From contig JBKDXR010000016.1 of the NCBI GenBank assembly GCA_046306055.1, positions 6,132 to 70,131 of the forward strand: a stretch of DNA of 64,000 bases. The letters run 5' to 3'. Position numbers and translations under genes: made by a program. This DNA is from Flavobacteriales bacterium (lineage in GTDB: Bacteria > Bacteroidota > Bacteroidia > Flavobacteriales_F > PHOS-HE28). Within the stretch, counting starts at the first letter, position 1. Each line of letters starts with the position of its first letter. Below, one piece after another: positions 9,856 to 19,147 of this stretch. The notes below the pieces were generated by a model. The model was given only the letters and a program-made list of their open reading frames with translations, was not told where the DNA came from and searched no databases.

Positions 9856-11124
9856 CTACATCGTGCCCTTCATCATCTTGTTCCAGTACAACCAGGGCAG
9901 CATGTACTTCTTCAAGATCCACATGCTCCACAGGGGTTTGCTGGTGTCGAACATACGGCTGAGCAAGGGGTCGCTGTCGCGCACGTTGTCGTACTTGAAC
10001 TCGGCGAGCAGCATCTTGCCATAGCCGGTCACCAGCGGACAGCTGCTGTAGCCACTGTATTGCTCCTTGCTCAATTCGCCATCCTTGATGCGTTGCAGGA
10101 TGTTGGCCACCACCACAGGGGCCTGTTTCCGGATGGCCGCTCCGGTCTTGGCCGTGGGGAGTGCAGCGGCATCGCCCAACCCGAAGATGTTGGCGTAGCG
10201 CTTGTGCTGCAGGGTGTGGATGTCAACCTCCAGCCAACCCTTGTTGGGGCCATCGGCGTAGGCCAGCGGGGAGTTGCGCACGAAATCGGGTGCGCTCTGC
10301 GGTGGTGCCAGGTGCACCATGTCGTAGGGCATCACAATCGTGCTCTCGCCCTCGATCTTCTCTTGCAGGCCTTGCTCCTCGTTGATCACACAGTTGTTGT
10401 CCCCGGGCTTGCTCCACGCGAAGTGGATCTCCTTCCTCACCGGGTCGATGGACACGGGTTTGTAGAAGGTCTTCAGGATGATGCTCTTCTTGCGGATCAC
10501 GTCCTCCAAGGCGAAGCGGAAGGGCTCCACGCCGAAGATCACCGAGCCGGGTGTGGCGAACACGAGCTTCGTCCTGTCGCGCACCCCGGTCTTCCGGAAG
10601 AACTCATCTGCGAGGTATGCCGCCTTCTGGGGAGCGCCACCGCACTTGATGGGAGTGGCGGGCTGTGTGAACACCGCGTTGCCACCCTTGAAGTTCTGCA
10701 TGACCCGCTTGGTCTTCTCCGGATCGAGGTAGTTGCTGCACACGAGATCGGTCTTCAGTGCTTCGCGAAGACCGGGCATGTCGTCGATGTTCATCTGGAC
10801 ACCGGGGCACACGATCAGGTGGTCGTAGGTATAGGCATTGCCCCCCTTCGTGCGCACCGTGTTGTTCTCCGGTTCGAAGGTGGTGGCCGATTCCTTGATA
10901 TGGTCGACACCGGGGGGGATCACGCTGGATTCATCCCGGCGGGTGTCCTTCATGTTGTACGTGTCCGCTGCAACAAGCGTCCAAGCCGGCTGGTACCAAT
11001 GGTCCTTGGTGGGATCGACGATGGCGATACTGAGGTCCTTCTTTTTGCGCATCAGCTGCGCAGCGGTCATGATACCAGCGGTGCCACCACCGATGATGAG
11101 GACATTATAGTGCTTCTGGGACAT
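9856..11124 (-). CDS. sqr: sulfide:quinone oxidoreductase (type II, SQOR-like FAD-dependent pyridine nucleotide-disulfide oxidoreductase)
   Basis: NVLIIGGGTAG FAD-binding motif; IKCGGAPQK cysteine motif and C-terminal ...YSSCPLVTGYGKMLLAEFKY...LYWNKMMKG closely resemble the SQOR family. Start set at MSQKHYNV (ATG 11124-11122); an upstream in-frame ATG at 11187 exists. Confidence 0.8.
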   Translation of the reverse strand: MSQKHYNVLIIGGGTAGIMTAAQLMRKKKDLSIAIVDPTKDHWYQPAWTLVAADTYNMKDTRRDESSVIPPGVDHIKESATTFEPENNTVRTKGGNAYTYDHLIVCPGVQMNIDDMPGLREALKTDLVCSNYLDPEKTKRVMQNFKGGNAVFTQPATPIKCGGAPQKAAYLADEFFRKTGVRDRTKLVFATPGSVIFGVEPFRFALEDVIRKKSIILKTFYKPVSIDPVRKEIHFAWSKPGDNNCVINEEQGLQEKIEGESTIVMPYDMVHLAPPQSAPDFVRNSPLAYADGPNKGWLEVDIHTLQHKRYANIFGLGDAAALPTAKTGAAIRKQAPVVVANILQRIKDGELSKEQYSGYSSCPLVTGYGKMLLAEFKYDNVRDSDPLLSRMFDTSKPLWSMWILKKYMLPWLYWNKMMKGTM

Positions 11125-11557
11125 GTTGAGTAGGTTGACATCCCAAAGCTCATGGTTCCTCCTTCCGTTTCCCGTGACGATCGTCACATAAGAAGTTCGC
11201 CAACCTCAAGAGGGTCGAGTCGCTATTGCCTGCGCATCTGTCAGATCCACCAAGCCGCTGCGGTCAAGCTCGTCGCGCGGTGACATTTCCCGGACCTTGT
11301 ATTCCCTGAAAGCCTTGCGCCCTTGATGCCAACGATGACGATAGCGGGATGCATGATGGGGCCGGGTGATCCCGGCCGGTGATCCGGGCTGGTCGCAGAT
11401 CTCTGTGTCATATTCGGAAAGCCGCCTACATTCGGCGTATTCCAGCGTTTTCCGCCCGCCTGCCGTCGCCGGATCAGGGCTGTCCTCCTTCACTATTGTG
11501 ACCCATTGAATCCCGCCTGATCGCGAACACCGCCTTCTCTCCGAACGCTATCATCCC

Positions 11558-14500
11558 GTGTCCCGATCCGTCGCTGCCCTGTGTCTCCTACTGGTACTTT
11601 CCGTTCGCGCCCAGGTCTGCGATCCTGCGGGCAATCTCTTCCTGCTGTCCAACTACGATGGTGGCATCGTCACCATCAACGTGGACCAGGACATTCCGAA
11701 CCTGGTGATCGGCATCAGCACCTACGAGCCGGTGCAGGTCACCATCACCGGACCCTTCGCCACCAACGTGGTCCAGGTGCTCTACGCGGGCATGAACTCC
11801 TCGCAGAACAACAACAACTGCGGACAGGGCAACTTCACCACAAGCATTGCAGGCGTACCACAAGGGCTCGTCACGATCAACCCGCCCATGCAACCGCCAC
11901 AGGTGGGGTATACCCCGGCGCATGGCAACGGCACGGGCAGCTGGGGCGGGGTGGTCATCGGCGCTAACGGACAATGTGACACACTCTTCAATACCGGCGG
12001 GGTGAACACCCCGGATGAGCTGGTCTTCCACTTCGAGGACCAGACCGGCGCCACCCTCTATGCCCACCAGACCCAATACGCCTGCTGGCAGAATGAGGTG
12101 GTGAGCCTCTCCGACGGCGGCAACTGCTGCATCGATGTCTCGCCGCCCCAGACCAACGGTTGCGATCCGAACGGCAATGTGATGATCTATTCCAACTACG
12201 AAGGGGGAGCGATCACCATCAACGTGGACCAGAACATCCCCGACCTGCGCATCGGCATCTGCACCTATGAGGCGGTACAAGTGAACATCATCGGGCCGTT
12301 CGCAGCGAATGTCACCGAGGTGATCTACGCCGGTTTCGATGGCGGCAACGGACCTTGCGGCAACAACCCGCCCACCACTACCATCAACGGCGTATCGCCA
12401 AGTATCGTCACACAGTACAGCCAGACGCTGGGCAACATCGCCATCGCGAACTTCCTTGGCGAACCGTTGGCGCCAGGCTTCCCACCCTTGGTGAACTGCA
12501 TCACCGGGGCCGAGGGCGAATGCAGCACCTCCAGCAGCGGTGGGGGAAATTCCGCGCCCCAGATCGCGCAGTTCTTCCTGGCCGAGTTCGGTCCGGGTGT
12601 CGCGCTTTTCGGCCACCAGGTGCAGTACGAATGCTTCACCGGCACGTTCAACGTTTCCGATGGTGGCAATTGCTGCCTGCTGGAAACGGGCACACCGCCC
12701 AATCCGATCTATATCGGCGAAGCCACCTACGACTTCATCCCTTGGACGGACACGCTGCTCTGTGGCGGACCCATCACCATCGACCTTTCGTTCTACCCGG
12801 TGCTTTTCCAGCCGCCCACCTATCCAGGCTATTTATGGAGCGATGGAACCACAGGACCCGTTATCACCATCACCGAGCCGGGCACCTACTCCTTCATCGT
12901 GGGCGACTACTGCCACTATGACCAGAACAACTGGCTCACCGACACCGTGGTGGTGCTTCCCTGCTGTTCCATCGGCGGGGTGGATGTGGCCAGCACCGCC
13001 ATCACCTGCAATGGCGCGAACGATGGAACCATCACGGTAACACCCCTCGCGGCCGGGCCCTTCACCTACACCTGGAACACGGCGCCTCCGCAATCCAACC
13101 CTACCATTACAGGCCTTGTCGCGGGCAGCTATGCGGTTACGATCAACGATGGGCTGGGCTGCGACACCACGCTCACCTTCACGCTGGCCGACCCGACACC
13201 CGTGTCCGTGCAGCTAGTCGGCAACACGGAAGTGTGCATTGGTGCATCGACTACGTTGACCGCCAACGCGCAAGGAGGCACAGGGAGCATCAGTCTCGAT
13301 TGGGGTCCGCTCGGTGCCGGCAATTCCGTTACACTTACACCCACGGATACTGTGCTGGTGAGCGTTACGGCCACTGATGCCAACGGTTGCACCGCCACCG
13401 CAGTGCTGCAGGTGAATGCCAGCATCTGCTGCCCCACTTACACCTTCGCGGCCAACGTGGCTCCGCCTTCTTGCGCCGGAGCGGCCGACGGCACGATCGT
13501 ATTGCAGACCGGCCCCGCAGGGCCTTTCGACCTTGAATGGAACACCTTTCCACCGCAGAACACCGCGACGGCAAGCGGACTCGCGGCAGGCAGCTACAGC
13601 GTGCTCATCACCGATCAGCTGGGCTGCGACACCACGCTCTCCTTCACCCTGGCCGAACCGGCACCCGTGACCGTGCAGGTGACCGGTGGAACGCCGGTGT
13701 GTGCCAATGTCACTGCCTTGGCCACCGCGCTCGCCAGTGGCGGAACGGGCGCACAGGTCATCACCTGGAATACCGGGGCTAACGGTGCGGCCATCACCTA
13801 TGCGTTCGCCAACAGCGGCCCGTTGGTTGCTACCGCCACCGATGCCAACGGCTGCAGCGCAAGCGACACGCTCGTGGTGGTCGTGGAAGAAGCCCCGACC
13901 GCGGGCTTTATCGCAAGTGCCGACACCGTATGCGTAGGTGCGTCGATCGTCTTCACCGCCAATGCTCCCGGAGCCAGCTCGTTGACCTGGACCTTGGGCT
14001 CAGCCGGAACATCGAGCGCTTCTTCGCCGACTGCCCTCTTTTCTGAGCCAGGCACTGAAGTGATCACGTTGGAGGCCTTCGGGCCCAATGGCTGCGCCTC
14101 CACGCCGGTCAGCGACAGCGTGCGTGTAGCCCCCCTGCCAGACCTTCAGTTGCTCGCCGAACCACTGCCCTGCGAACGCGCCATTGCCGTGGAACTGCTC
14201 GCCACCGCAGCGGACCAATGTGTGTTATGGCTCAACGATGTGCTGGTGGATAGTTCCTGCGCACGCACCCTCGAACTTCCCGTGGCGCAGGAGGGCACCT
14301 ACCGTATTCGGCTCACCGCAAGCAACACCTCCGGTTGCGCGGACAGCATCACGGTGGACGTCACCTTCAGCGAAGCGTTGGGACTGTTCGTCCCCAACGT
14401 GTTCACGCCCGACGGCGACGGCATCAATGACACCTTCACCACACTGGCACCCTCAGGAGCAGCAGAAAGCACGTTGCGCATCTTCAACCGCTGGGGCCAG

Positions 14501-14659
14501 GAGATCTTCGTCACTTCCGACATGAGCGTTGGCTGGAACGGTACTTCAGCTGGCGAGCCCGTGCCCGATGGGGTGTACATCTACCAACTCCTTGCCCCCG
14601 ACCCCTGCGAAACCACTGGACTACGCACGTTGCGCGGCCATGTCATAGTGCTTCGCTGA
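11558..14659 (+). CDS. large secreted T9SS substrate with SprB repeats and gliding-motility-associated (type B) C-terminal domain
   Basis: 1033 aa; signal peptide; two tandem ~190-aa N-terminal domains; several SprB-type repeats (CNGANDGTITV..., CAGAADGTIVL...); C-terminal FVPNVFTPDGDGINDTF...RIFNRWGQEIF... domain. Confidence 0.85.
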   Translation: MSRSVAALCLLLVLSVRAQVCDPAGNLFLLSNYDGGIVTINVDQDIPNLVIGISTYEPVQVTITGPFATNVVQVLYAGMNSSQNNNNCGQGNFTTSIAGVPQGLVTINPPMQPPQVGYTPAHGNGTGSWGGVVIGANGQCDTLFNTGGVNTPDELVFHFEDQTGATLYAHQTQYACWQNEVVSLSDGGNCCIDVSPPQTNGCDPNGNVMIYSNYEGGAITINVDQNIPDLRIGICTYEAVQVNIIGPFAANVTEVIYAGFDGGNGPCGNNPPTTTINGVSPSIVTQYSQTLGNIAIANFLGEPLAPGFPPLVNCITGAEGECSTSSSGGGNSAPQIAQFFLAEFGPGVALFGHQVQYECFTGTFNVSDGGNCCLLETGTPPNPIYIGEATYDFIPWTDTLLCGGPITIDLSFYPVLFQPPTYPGYLWSDGTTGPVITITEPGTYSFIVGDYCHYDQNNWLTDTVVVLPCCSIGGVDVASTAITCNGANDGTITVTPLAAGPFTYTWNTAPPQSNPTITGLVAGSYAVTINDGLGCDTTLTFTLADPTPVSVQLVGNTEVCIGASTTLTANAQGGTGSISLDWGPLGAGNSVTLTPTDTVLVSVTATDANGCTATAVLQVNASICCPTYTFAANVAPPSCAGAADGTIVLQTGPAGPFDLEWNTFPPQNTATASGLAAGSYSVLITDQLGCDTTLSFTLAEPAPVTVQVTGGTPVCANVTALATALASGGTGAQVITWNTGANGAAITYAFANSGPLVATATDANGCSASDTLVVVVEEAPTAGFIASADTVCVGASIVFTANAPGASSLTWTLGSAGTSSASSPTALFSEPGTEVITLEAFGPNGCASTPVSDSVRVAPLPDLQLLAEPLPCERAIAVELLATAADQCVLWLNDVLVDSSCARTLELPVAQEGTYRIRLTASNTSGCADSITVDVTFSEALGLFVPNVFTPDGDGINDTFTTLAPSGAAESTLRIFNRWGQEIFVTSDMSVGWNGTSAGEPVPDGVYIYQLLAPDPCETTGLRTLRGHVIVLR

Positions 14660-14744
14660 GCAGCGCGATCGACCTGCCAAGGCAACAGGTGAGCGTGTCG
14701 GATGCGCTTGATGACCGGGAACACTCGCCCCTTCAGGGCATATC

Positions 14745-16406
14745 TCACCGCGCGTGGCTCGTCCACGCAGCTCGCAAACGACCCGCACGTGCAAGCAACA
14801 GCTGGTGCTTGGTCTCCTCCGCTTCGGCCTTGGACCGAATGAGTGCGACAAGGCCCCGTTTCTCCGCAAGAGACCATTGTTCCAGGCCATCCACCAGGTC
14901 CAGCGGTAGCGCCCACAGGTACAAGGTCACACGTTGCTCCGCCGACCACTGCGCCAGATCGCCCAATGGCAACGTGTTCCCCAGTCGTTCCAGCGCAAAG
15001 CGCATCGCCCGTTCGCGATCGCCTTGGTACCGCTGCACCACATGCTGCTGCACCGCCATGGTGAGCGATGCGGTGTCGGTCAGGGGCGTTCCGTTGTCAT
15101 CGACGATCAATTCCAATCCGTGTTCCACGAGCTCCTTCAGCAGCTTCAATGGCACTTGGTGGTCCTTGCGCGACGACAGTTTGCTGAACTCCCGTTCGGC
15201 CGCGCGTTGCAGGGCCTTCGTCACGGGCCGGAAACCCAACCGGTAGTAGAACCAGTAGGCGCCGCTCTTCAGGCCATCGGGGTTGTTGTGGCCCAATTGA
15301 TAGTTCTCCGCCTCGAAGCGGCCCACACCGCAGCGCTGGCGATATAGGCGGAGCAGTTGCGCGAAGAACCATGCGCTCTCGCCACCGCGAAGGGCCGGGA
15401 ACACGTTGATGCCCACCTTGCTGCGGCCAGGAAAGATCCAAGCGCCGCCGTAGGCCAACGGCACCCCATTGCGGAAGGCCATGAAGCCCACGTAGCTATC
15501 GAAGGGCAGGCGGTGCGCCACGTCCATGTGGAAGAACGCGATACGCAGCCCACGGCCCATGTCGAACAGCTCCACCGAACCGGCGAAAGTAACGGGATCG
15601 GTCTCGCGGTGCAATGTGGCGAGCACGGTGCGTGCAGTGTCGATCAGGGCCTGCTGCTGTCGCGCATTCAGCCGCACAGCAGCGGCCACCGGCTCGTTCA
15701 CCACGGCCATCAGGTCAACGTCGCGCGTCAGGCCCTGAGGAAGGCAGTAGGGCGCTTGGGTCGGCGCACGGGCCAGGGACATGCCGCAGCCCTTGGCGTC
15801 TTCCACCTTTACGTACACCTGCATACGCGCCCAGAGATGTTCGCGAGTGCTTGCAGCGCAGCGCAGCGCGGACAACGCGTCCACCAAGCGCTGAAGCTGA
15901 AGTACGCGTGAAGGTCCATAGGCGTAGGTGAGCAGTTCCTGCACGTCCGCATACGACTGATCGACCGTTTCCCATTCCGCAGGCGAAAGCAAGAGCCTCA
16001 ACAGTTCCCGGAACTCGTCCAGCGGGGCCTCCACGGAGAAGATCTCCACACGCTCGCCCCAGTGCTCCAGCATCCACCGTGTGAGGTGTAGCGTGAACGT
16101 GCTCTGCAACGGTGCATGTTCCAGTCCGCTGTTGATCAGCCCATAGCGCGTGCGCTCACTGCCATCGACCAGGGCTTTGCCAAGTGCGACGACACGCTCC
16201 AGTTCCCCTGTGGCCAGTGCATGCTCCTCCAGATCGGCCGGATGGGCCAACAAGAACAACAGCAGGTCATGCCACTCGCGCAGTGCCTTGGGTGAGCGGA
16301 TGGGGCGACCGAGGACCGCCCGCAACAAAGCAGTTCGCTCCTCCCCTTGTGTACGCGCAAGTGTGCGGCGCAAGGCCAGGACCTCTTCTGTGCGCAGTTC
16401 GTGCAT
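14745..16406 (-). CDS. hypothetical protein (553 aa) with possible GNAT-like C-terminal region
   Basis: long ORF with consistent codon usage; C-terminal segment ...INVFPALRGGESAWFFAQLLRLY...YWFYYRLGFRP resembles acetyltransferase motifs A/B; no confident family assignment. Confidence 0.5.
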   Translation of the reverse strand: MHELRTEEVLALRRTLARTQGEERTALLRAVLGRPIRSPKALREWHDLLLFLLAHPADLEEHALATGELERVVALGKALVDGSERTRYGLINSGLEHAPLQSTFTLHLTRWMLEHWGERVEIFSVEAPLDEFRELLRLLLSPAEWETVDQSYADVQELLTYAYGPSRVLQLQRLVDALSALRCAASTREHLWARMQVYVKVEDAKGCGMSLARAPTQAPYCLPQGLTRDVDLMAVVNEPVAAAVRLNARQQQALIDTARTVLATLHRETDPVTFAGSVELFDMGRGLRIAFFHMDVAHRLPFDSYVGFMAFRNGVPLAYGGAWIFPGRSKVGINVFPALRGGESAWFFAQLLRLYRQRCGVGRFEAENYQLGHNNPDGLKSGAYWFYYRLGFRPVTKALQRAAEREFSKLSSRKDHQVPLKLLKELVEHGLELIVDDNGTPLTDTASLTMAVQQHVVQRYQGDRERAMRFALERLGNTLPLGDLAQWSAEQRVTLYLWALPLDLVDGLEQWSLAEKRGLVALIRSKAEAEETKHQLLLARAGRLRAAWTSHAR

Positions 16407-16497
16407 GCCGAAAGTTGCAGAGCCTTGTCACGAAATGATCGACACAAGGAAAGCCCTCATTATTCGCGACCGGCAATTCCCATGATACTTGGACCGA

Positions 16498-17337
16498 TCA
16501 AGCCTTCGCTTCGGTGATCACCCGCATGCTCGGCTGCGGACCGGCCACCCCAGCGGCCTGCAGGGCCCAGAGCCCCTGCTCATAGACCTCGAAATAGACG
16601 GTCCAGTAATCCTCCGGCGCGGCGTACGGGCGCACGGCCAGTTGAACGCCCTCCAGGTTGAGCTGCACGATGTTCACGCTCGGAACGGGATCCTTCAGCA
16701 CCTTCGGATGTGCGCTCATCACACCTACGAGCACCTCGCGTGCTTTGGGCAAGGAGGCGGCATAGTTGAGGCCGAACGTGAGGTCCACGCGGATCAGGCC
16801 CTCCTTGGTGTAGTTCACGATATTGCCGTTGGCGATGGGGCCGTTCGGCAGGATCGCCGTCTTGTTGTCGGGGGTGATCAGCACCGTGGTGAAGATCTGG
16901 ATCTCCTTGACGTTGCCCAGCACGCCCTGCGTCTCGATGAGGTCGCCCACCTTGTAAGGTTTGAAGAGCAGGATGAGCGTGCCGCCGGCGAAGTTGGCCA
17001 ACGTGCCCTGCAGAGCGAGGCCGATGGCCAGACCCGCAGCGCCGATGATGGCGATGAAGCTCGTGGTCTGCACACCGAGCATGCCGATGAAGGTGATCAG
17101 CAGAAGCACCCGCAACGACACCGTGACCAGGCTGTGCAGGAAGCGCTGCAGGGTGGGTTCCACGCCCCGCGCCAAGAGCACCTTGCCGAGCAGACGTGCC
17201 AAGCCCTTGATCAGCAGCGAACCGATCCACAGGACCAGCAGGGCGACGACCAGCTTCGGGGCAAAGTCGATCAATTGTTCCTTGAATCGCAGGGCCCAGC
17301 TTTCGGCCTGAGTTAATTGGGTTTCGACTTCGTTCAT
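16498..17337 (-). CDS. mscS: small-conductance mechanosensitive channel
   Basis: 279 aa; three N-terminal TM helices followed by the conserved MscS beta domain (GDLIETQGVLGNVKEIQIFTTVLITPDNKTAILPNG). Confidence 0.9.
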   Translation of the reverse strand: MNEVETQLTQAESWALRFKEQLIDFAPKLVVALLVLWIGSLLIKGLARLLGKVLLARGVEPTLQRFLHSLVTVSLRVLLLITFIGMLGVQTTSFIAIIGAAGLAIGLALQGTLANFAGGTLILLFKPYKVGDLIETQGVLGNVKEIQIFTTVLITPDNKTAILPNGPIANGNIVNYTKEGLIRVDLTFGLNYAASLPKAREVLVGVMSAHPKVLKDPVPSVNIVQLNLEGVQLAVRPYAAPEDYWTVYFEVYEQGLWALQAAGVAGPQPSMRVITEAKA

Positions 17338-17410
17338 GGTCAGGGATAGGGTTGATGTCCGACGAAAGTAATTGCCGGAGCGATCAACTCCTTCGCCACG
17401 GACCGACCTG

Positions 17411-17440
17411 AAAAAGCAAAAGACCCGCCCCTTGCGGGGC
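17411..17440 (-). terminator. putative rho-independent terminator downstream of yceI
   Basis: GC hairpin gcccc-ttgc-ggggc (17427-17440) followed on the minus strand by cttttgcttttt (17411-17422). Confidence 0.4.
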
Positions 17441-17474
17441 AGGCCTTGTTGTTCGGTGGGGGGGCACCCTGCGC

Positions 17475-18020
17475 TTACCCTTGCTTGGCCAGTTGCACTT
17501 CGGCCAGGATGCGCACCTCGTCACTTACGAGCACTCCGCCCGCTTCCAAGGCAGCGTTCCAGGTGAGGCCGAACTCCTTGCGGTCGATCTTGCCGCTCAG
17601 GTTCAGGCCGGCCTTGGTGTTGCCCCAAGGGTCCTTCGCCTGTCCGCTCCATTCCACATCCAGGGTCACCGGCTTGGTCACGTCCTTGATGGTGAGGTCG
17701 CCCGTCACCTTCCAGTCGTTGCCACTGCCCTCGATACGCGTGCTCTTAAAGCGGAGCTTCGGGAACTTCTCGCTGTCGAAGAAGTCGCCGCTGCGCAGGT
17801 GTCCATCGCGCTTCTCGTCGTTGGTGAAGATGCTGGCCGTGTTGGCCCAGAAGCTCACCTGGGCGTTGTTCAGGTCATCGCCTTCCAGTTCCACCTCCGC
17901 GCTGAAATCCTTGAAGGTACCGGTCACAGTGGTGATCATCAGGTGCTTCACCTTGAACTGGATCTCGCTGTGGCTGGGGTCAATGGCCCACTTGGTGGTT
18001 GTTGCGGTTGCTGTTCCCAT
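17475..18020 (-). CDS. yceI: YceI-family polyisoprenoid-binding protein
   Basis: 181 aa; WAIDPSHSEIQFKVKHLMITTVTGTFKDF signature of the YceI-like family. Confidence 0.88.
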   Translation of the reverse strand: MGTATATTTKWAIDPSHSEIQFKVKHLMITTVTGTFKDFSAEVELEGDDLNNAQVSFWANTASIFTNDEKRDGHLRSGDFFDSEKFPKLRFKSTRIEGSGNDWKVTGDLTIKDVTKPVTLDVEWSGQAKDPWGNTKAGLNLSGKIDRKEFGLTWNAALEAGGVLVSDEVRILAEVQLAKQG

Positions 18021-18129
18021 GTTGGTTGAGTTTAAGTGTGCGAGAGGGAAAGGGTGAGAGAGTGCCAGGGTTCCAGAGCGTCAGGGGGGCATTCGCCTTA
18101 GCACGCTCTCACCCTTGCACCCTTCCCCT

Positions 18130-19008
18130 TCATGACAATTCCATCGGCACATCCTGCAGCAGGATCTCCGCGCCTTGGGGGCCGGCCTCTACAGTGAGGC
18201 TGTCGGTGTCCCACACGCCCAAGGCATCGCGCTTGCCGAGCTGCTGGCCGTTGATGGTGGCGCTGCCCTCCATAACGAAGGCATACACGCCGTTGCCTTT
18301 GCGCTTCACGTTGTAGGTGGTCTTCTTGCCCGCATCCCAGTTGCCGATATGGAACCAGGCATCCTGGTGGATCCACACGCCAGCGTCATCGGGCTTCGGT
18401 GAGAGCACCTGCTGCCAGTTGTTGATGCGGTCCTTAGGGTCCAGCGTCATCTGCTGGTAGCGGGGCGTCACCTGGCGCTTCTTGGGGAAGAGCCAGATCT
18501 GCAGCGTGTTGGCATCCTTGTCGTTGTAAGGATTGAACTCGCTGTGCAGGATGCCCGTGCCTGCGCTCATCACCTGCACATCGCCGGCGTTGATGATGCT
18601 GGTGTTGCCCATGCTGTCCTTGTGCTGCAGCGCGCCCTTCAGGGGGATCGTGATGATCTCCATGTTGTCGTGCGGGTGCGTGCCGAAGCCCTTGCCTGCG
18701 GCGATGATGTCGTCGTTCATCACGCGCAGCACACCGAAGTGCATGCGGGTGGGATCGTACCAGTTGGCGAAGCTGAAGCTGAAGTTGGCCTTCAGCCAGC
18801 CGTGATCGGCGGTGCCACGCTCACTGGCGCGGTGCAGTACCATGTTTTCCATGCGTTCGGGAGGTGTTGGCGGGAGGTGGTCGAAGCCTACGGGGTCCAG
18901 GGGCTTCAGTTCGTCGATGTCGTTCCGGAGCACACTGGCAGCAGCTGCGCCACTTACCAGGACGCTGGTTCCCAGAAGGCTTTTGCGGAGGAAGTCTTTT
19001 CTGTCCAT
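18130..19008 (-). CDS. pirin-family (cupin) protein with N-terminal signal-like extension
   Basis: HGFETH-like pirin motifs (GFGTHPHDNMEIITIPLKG, HSEFN); start taken at MDRKDFLRKSLLGTSVLVSGAAAASVL (ATG 19008-19006), a Tat/Sec-like leader; the longer ORF in the supplied track is GC-driven. Confidence 0.8.
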   Translation of the reverse strand: MDRKDFLRKSLLGTSVLVSGAAAASVLRNDIDELKPLDPVGFDHLPPTPPERMENMVLHRASERGTADHGWLKANFSFSFANWYDPTRMHFGVLRVMNDDIIAAGKGFGTHPHDNMEIITIPLKGALQHKDSMGNTSIINAGDVQVMSAGTGILHSEFNPYNDKDANTLQIWLFPKKRQVTPRYQQMTLDPKDRINNWQQVLSPKPDDAGVWIHQDAWFHIGNWDAGKKTTYNVKRKGNGVYAFVMEGSATINGQQLGKRDALGVWDTDSLTVEAGPQGAEILLQDVPMELS

Positions 19009-19147
19009 GGGTCTGTTGTGTGAGCTTCGGGTACAAATATATACCATGGAAAATAAATCCACGGAAACAGGATAGACATTCCTTGAAGGCCACGCCGTGC
19101 TGAGGGCCGTCAGTTCGCACCGTGCGCCCTTTCCCACCTTTGCCACC

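Noticed and set aside
11206-11493. 95-aa minus-strand ORF in the divergent intergenic region
   Set aside because: No motif and an odd composition, lying in a promoter region; probably non-coding.
18051-18115. Imperfect 15-bp inverted repeat (agggtgagagagtgc / gcacgctctcaccct) between pirin and yceI
   Set aside because: Long loop (~35 nt) and no T-tract on the transcribed strand; could be a weak operator or terminator but the evidence is thin.
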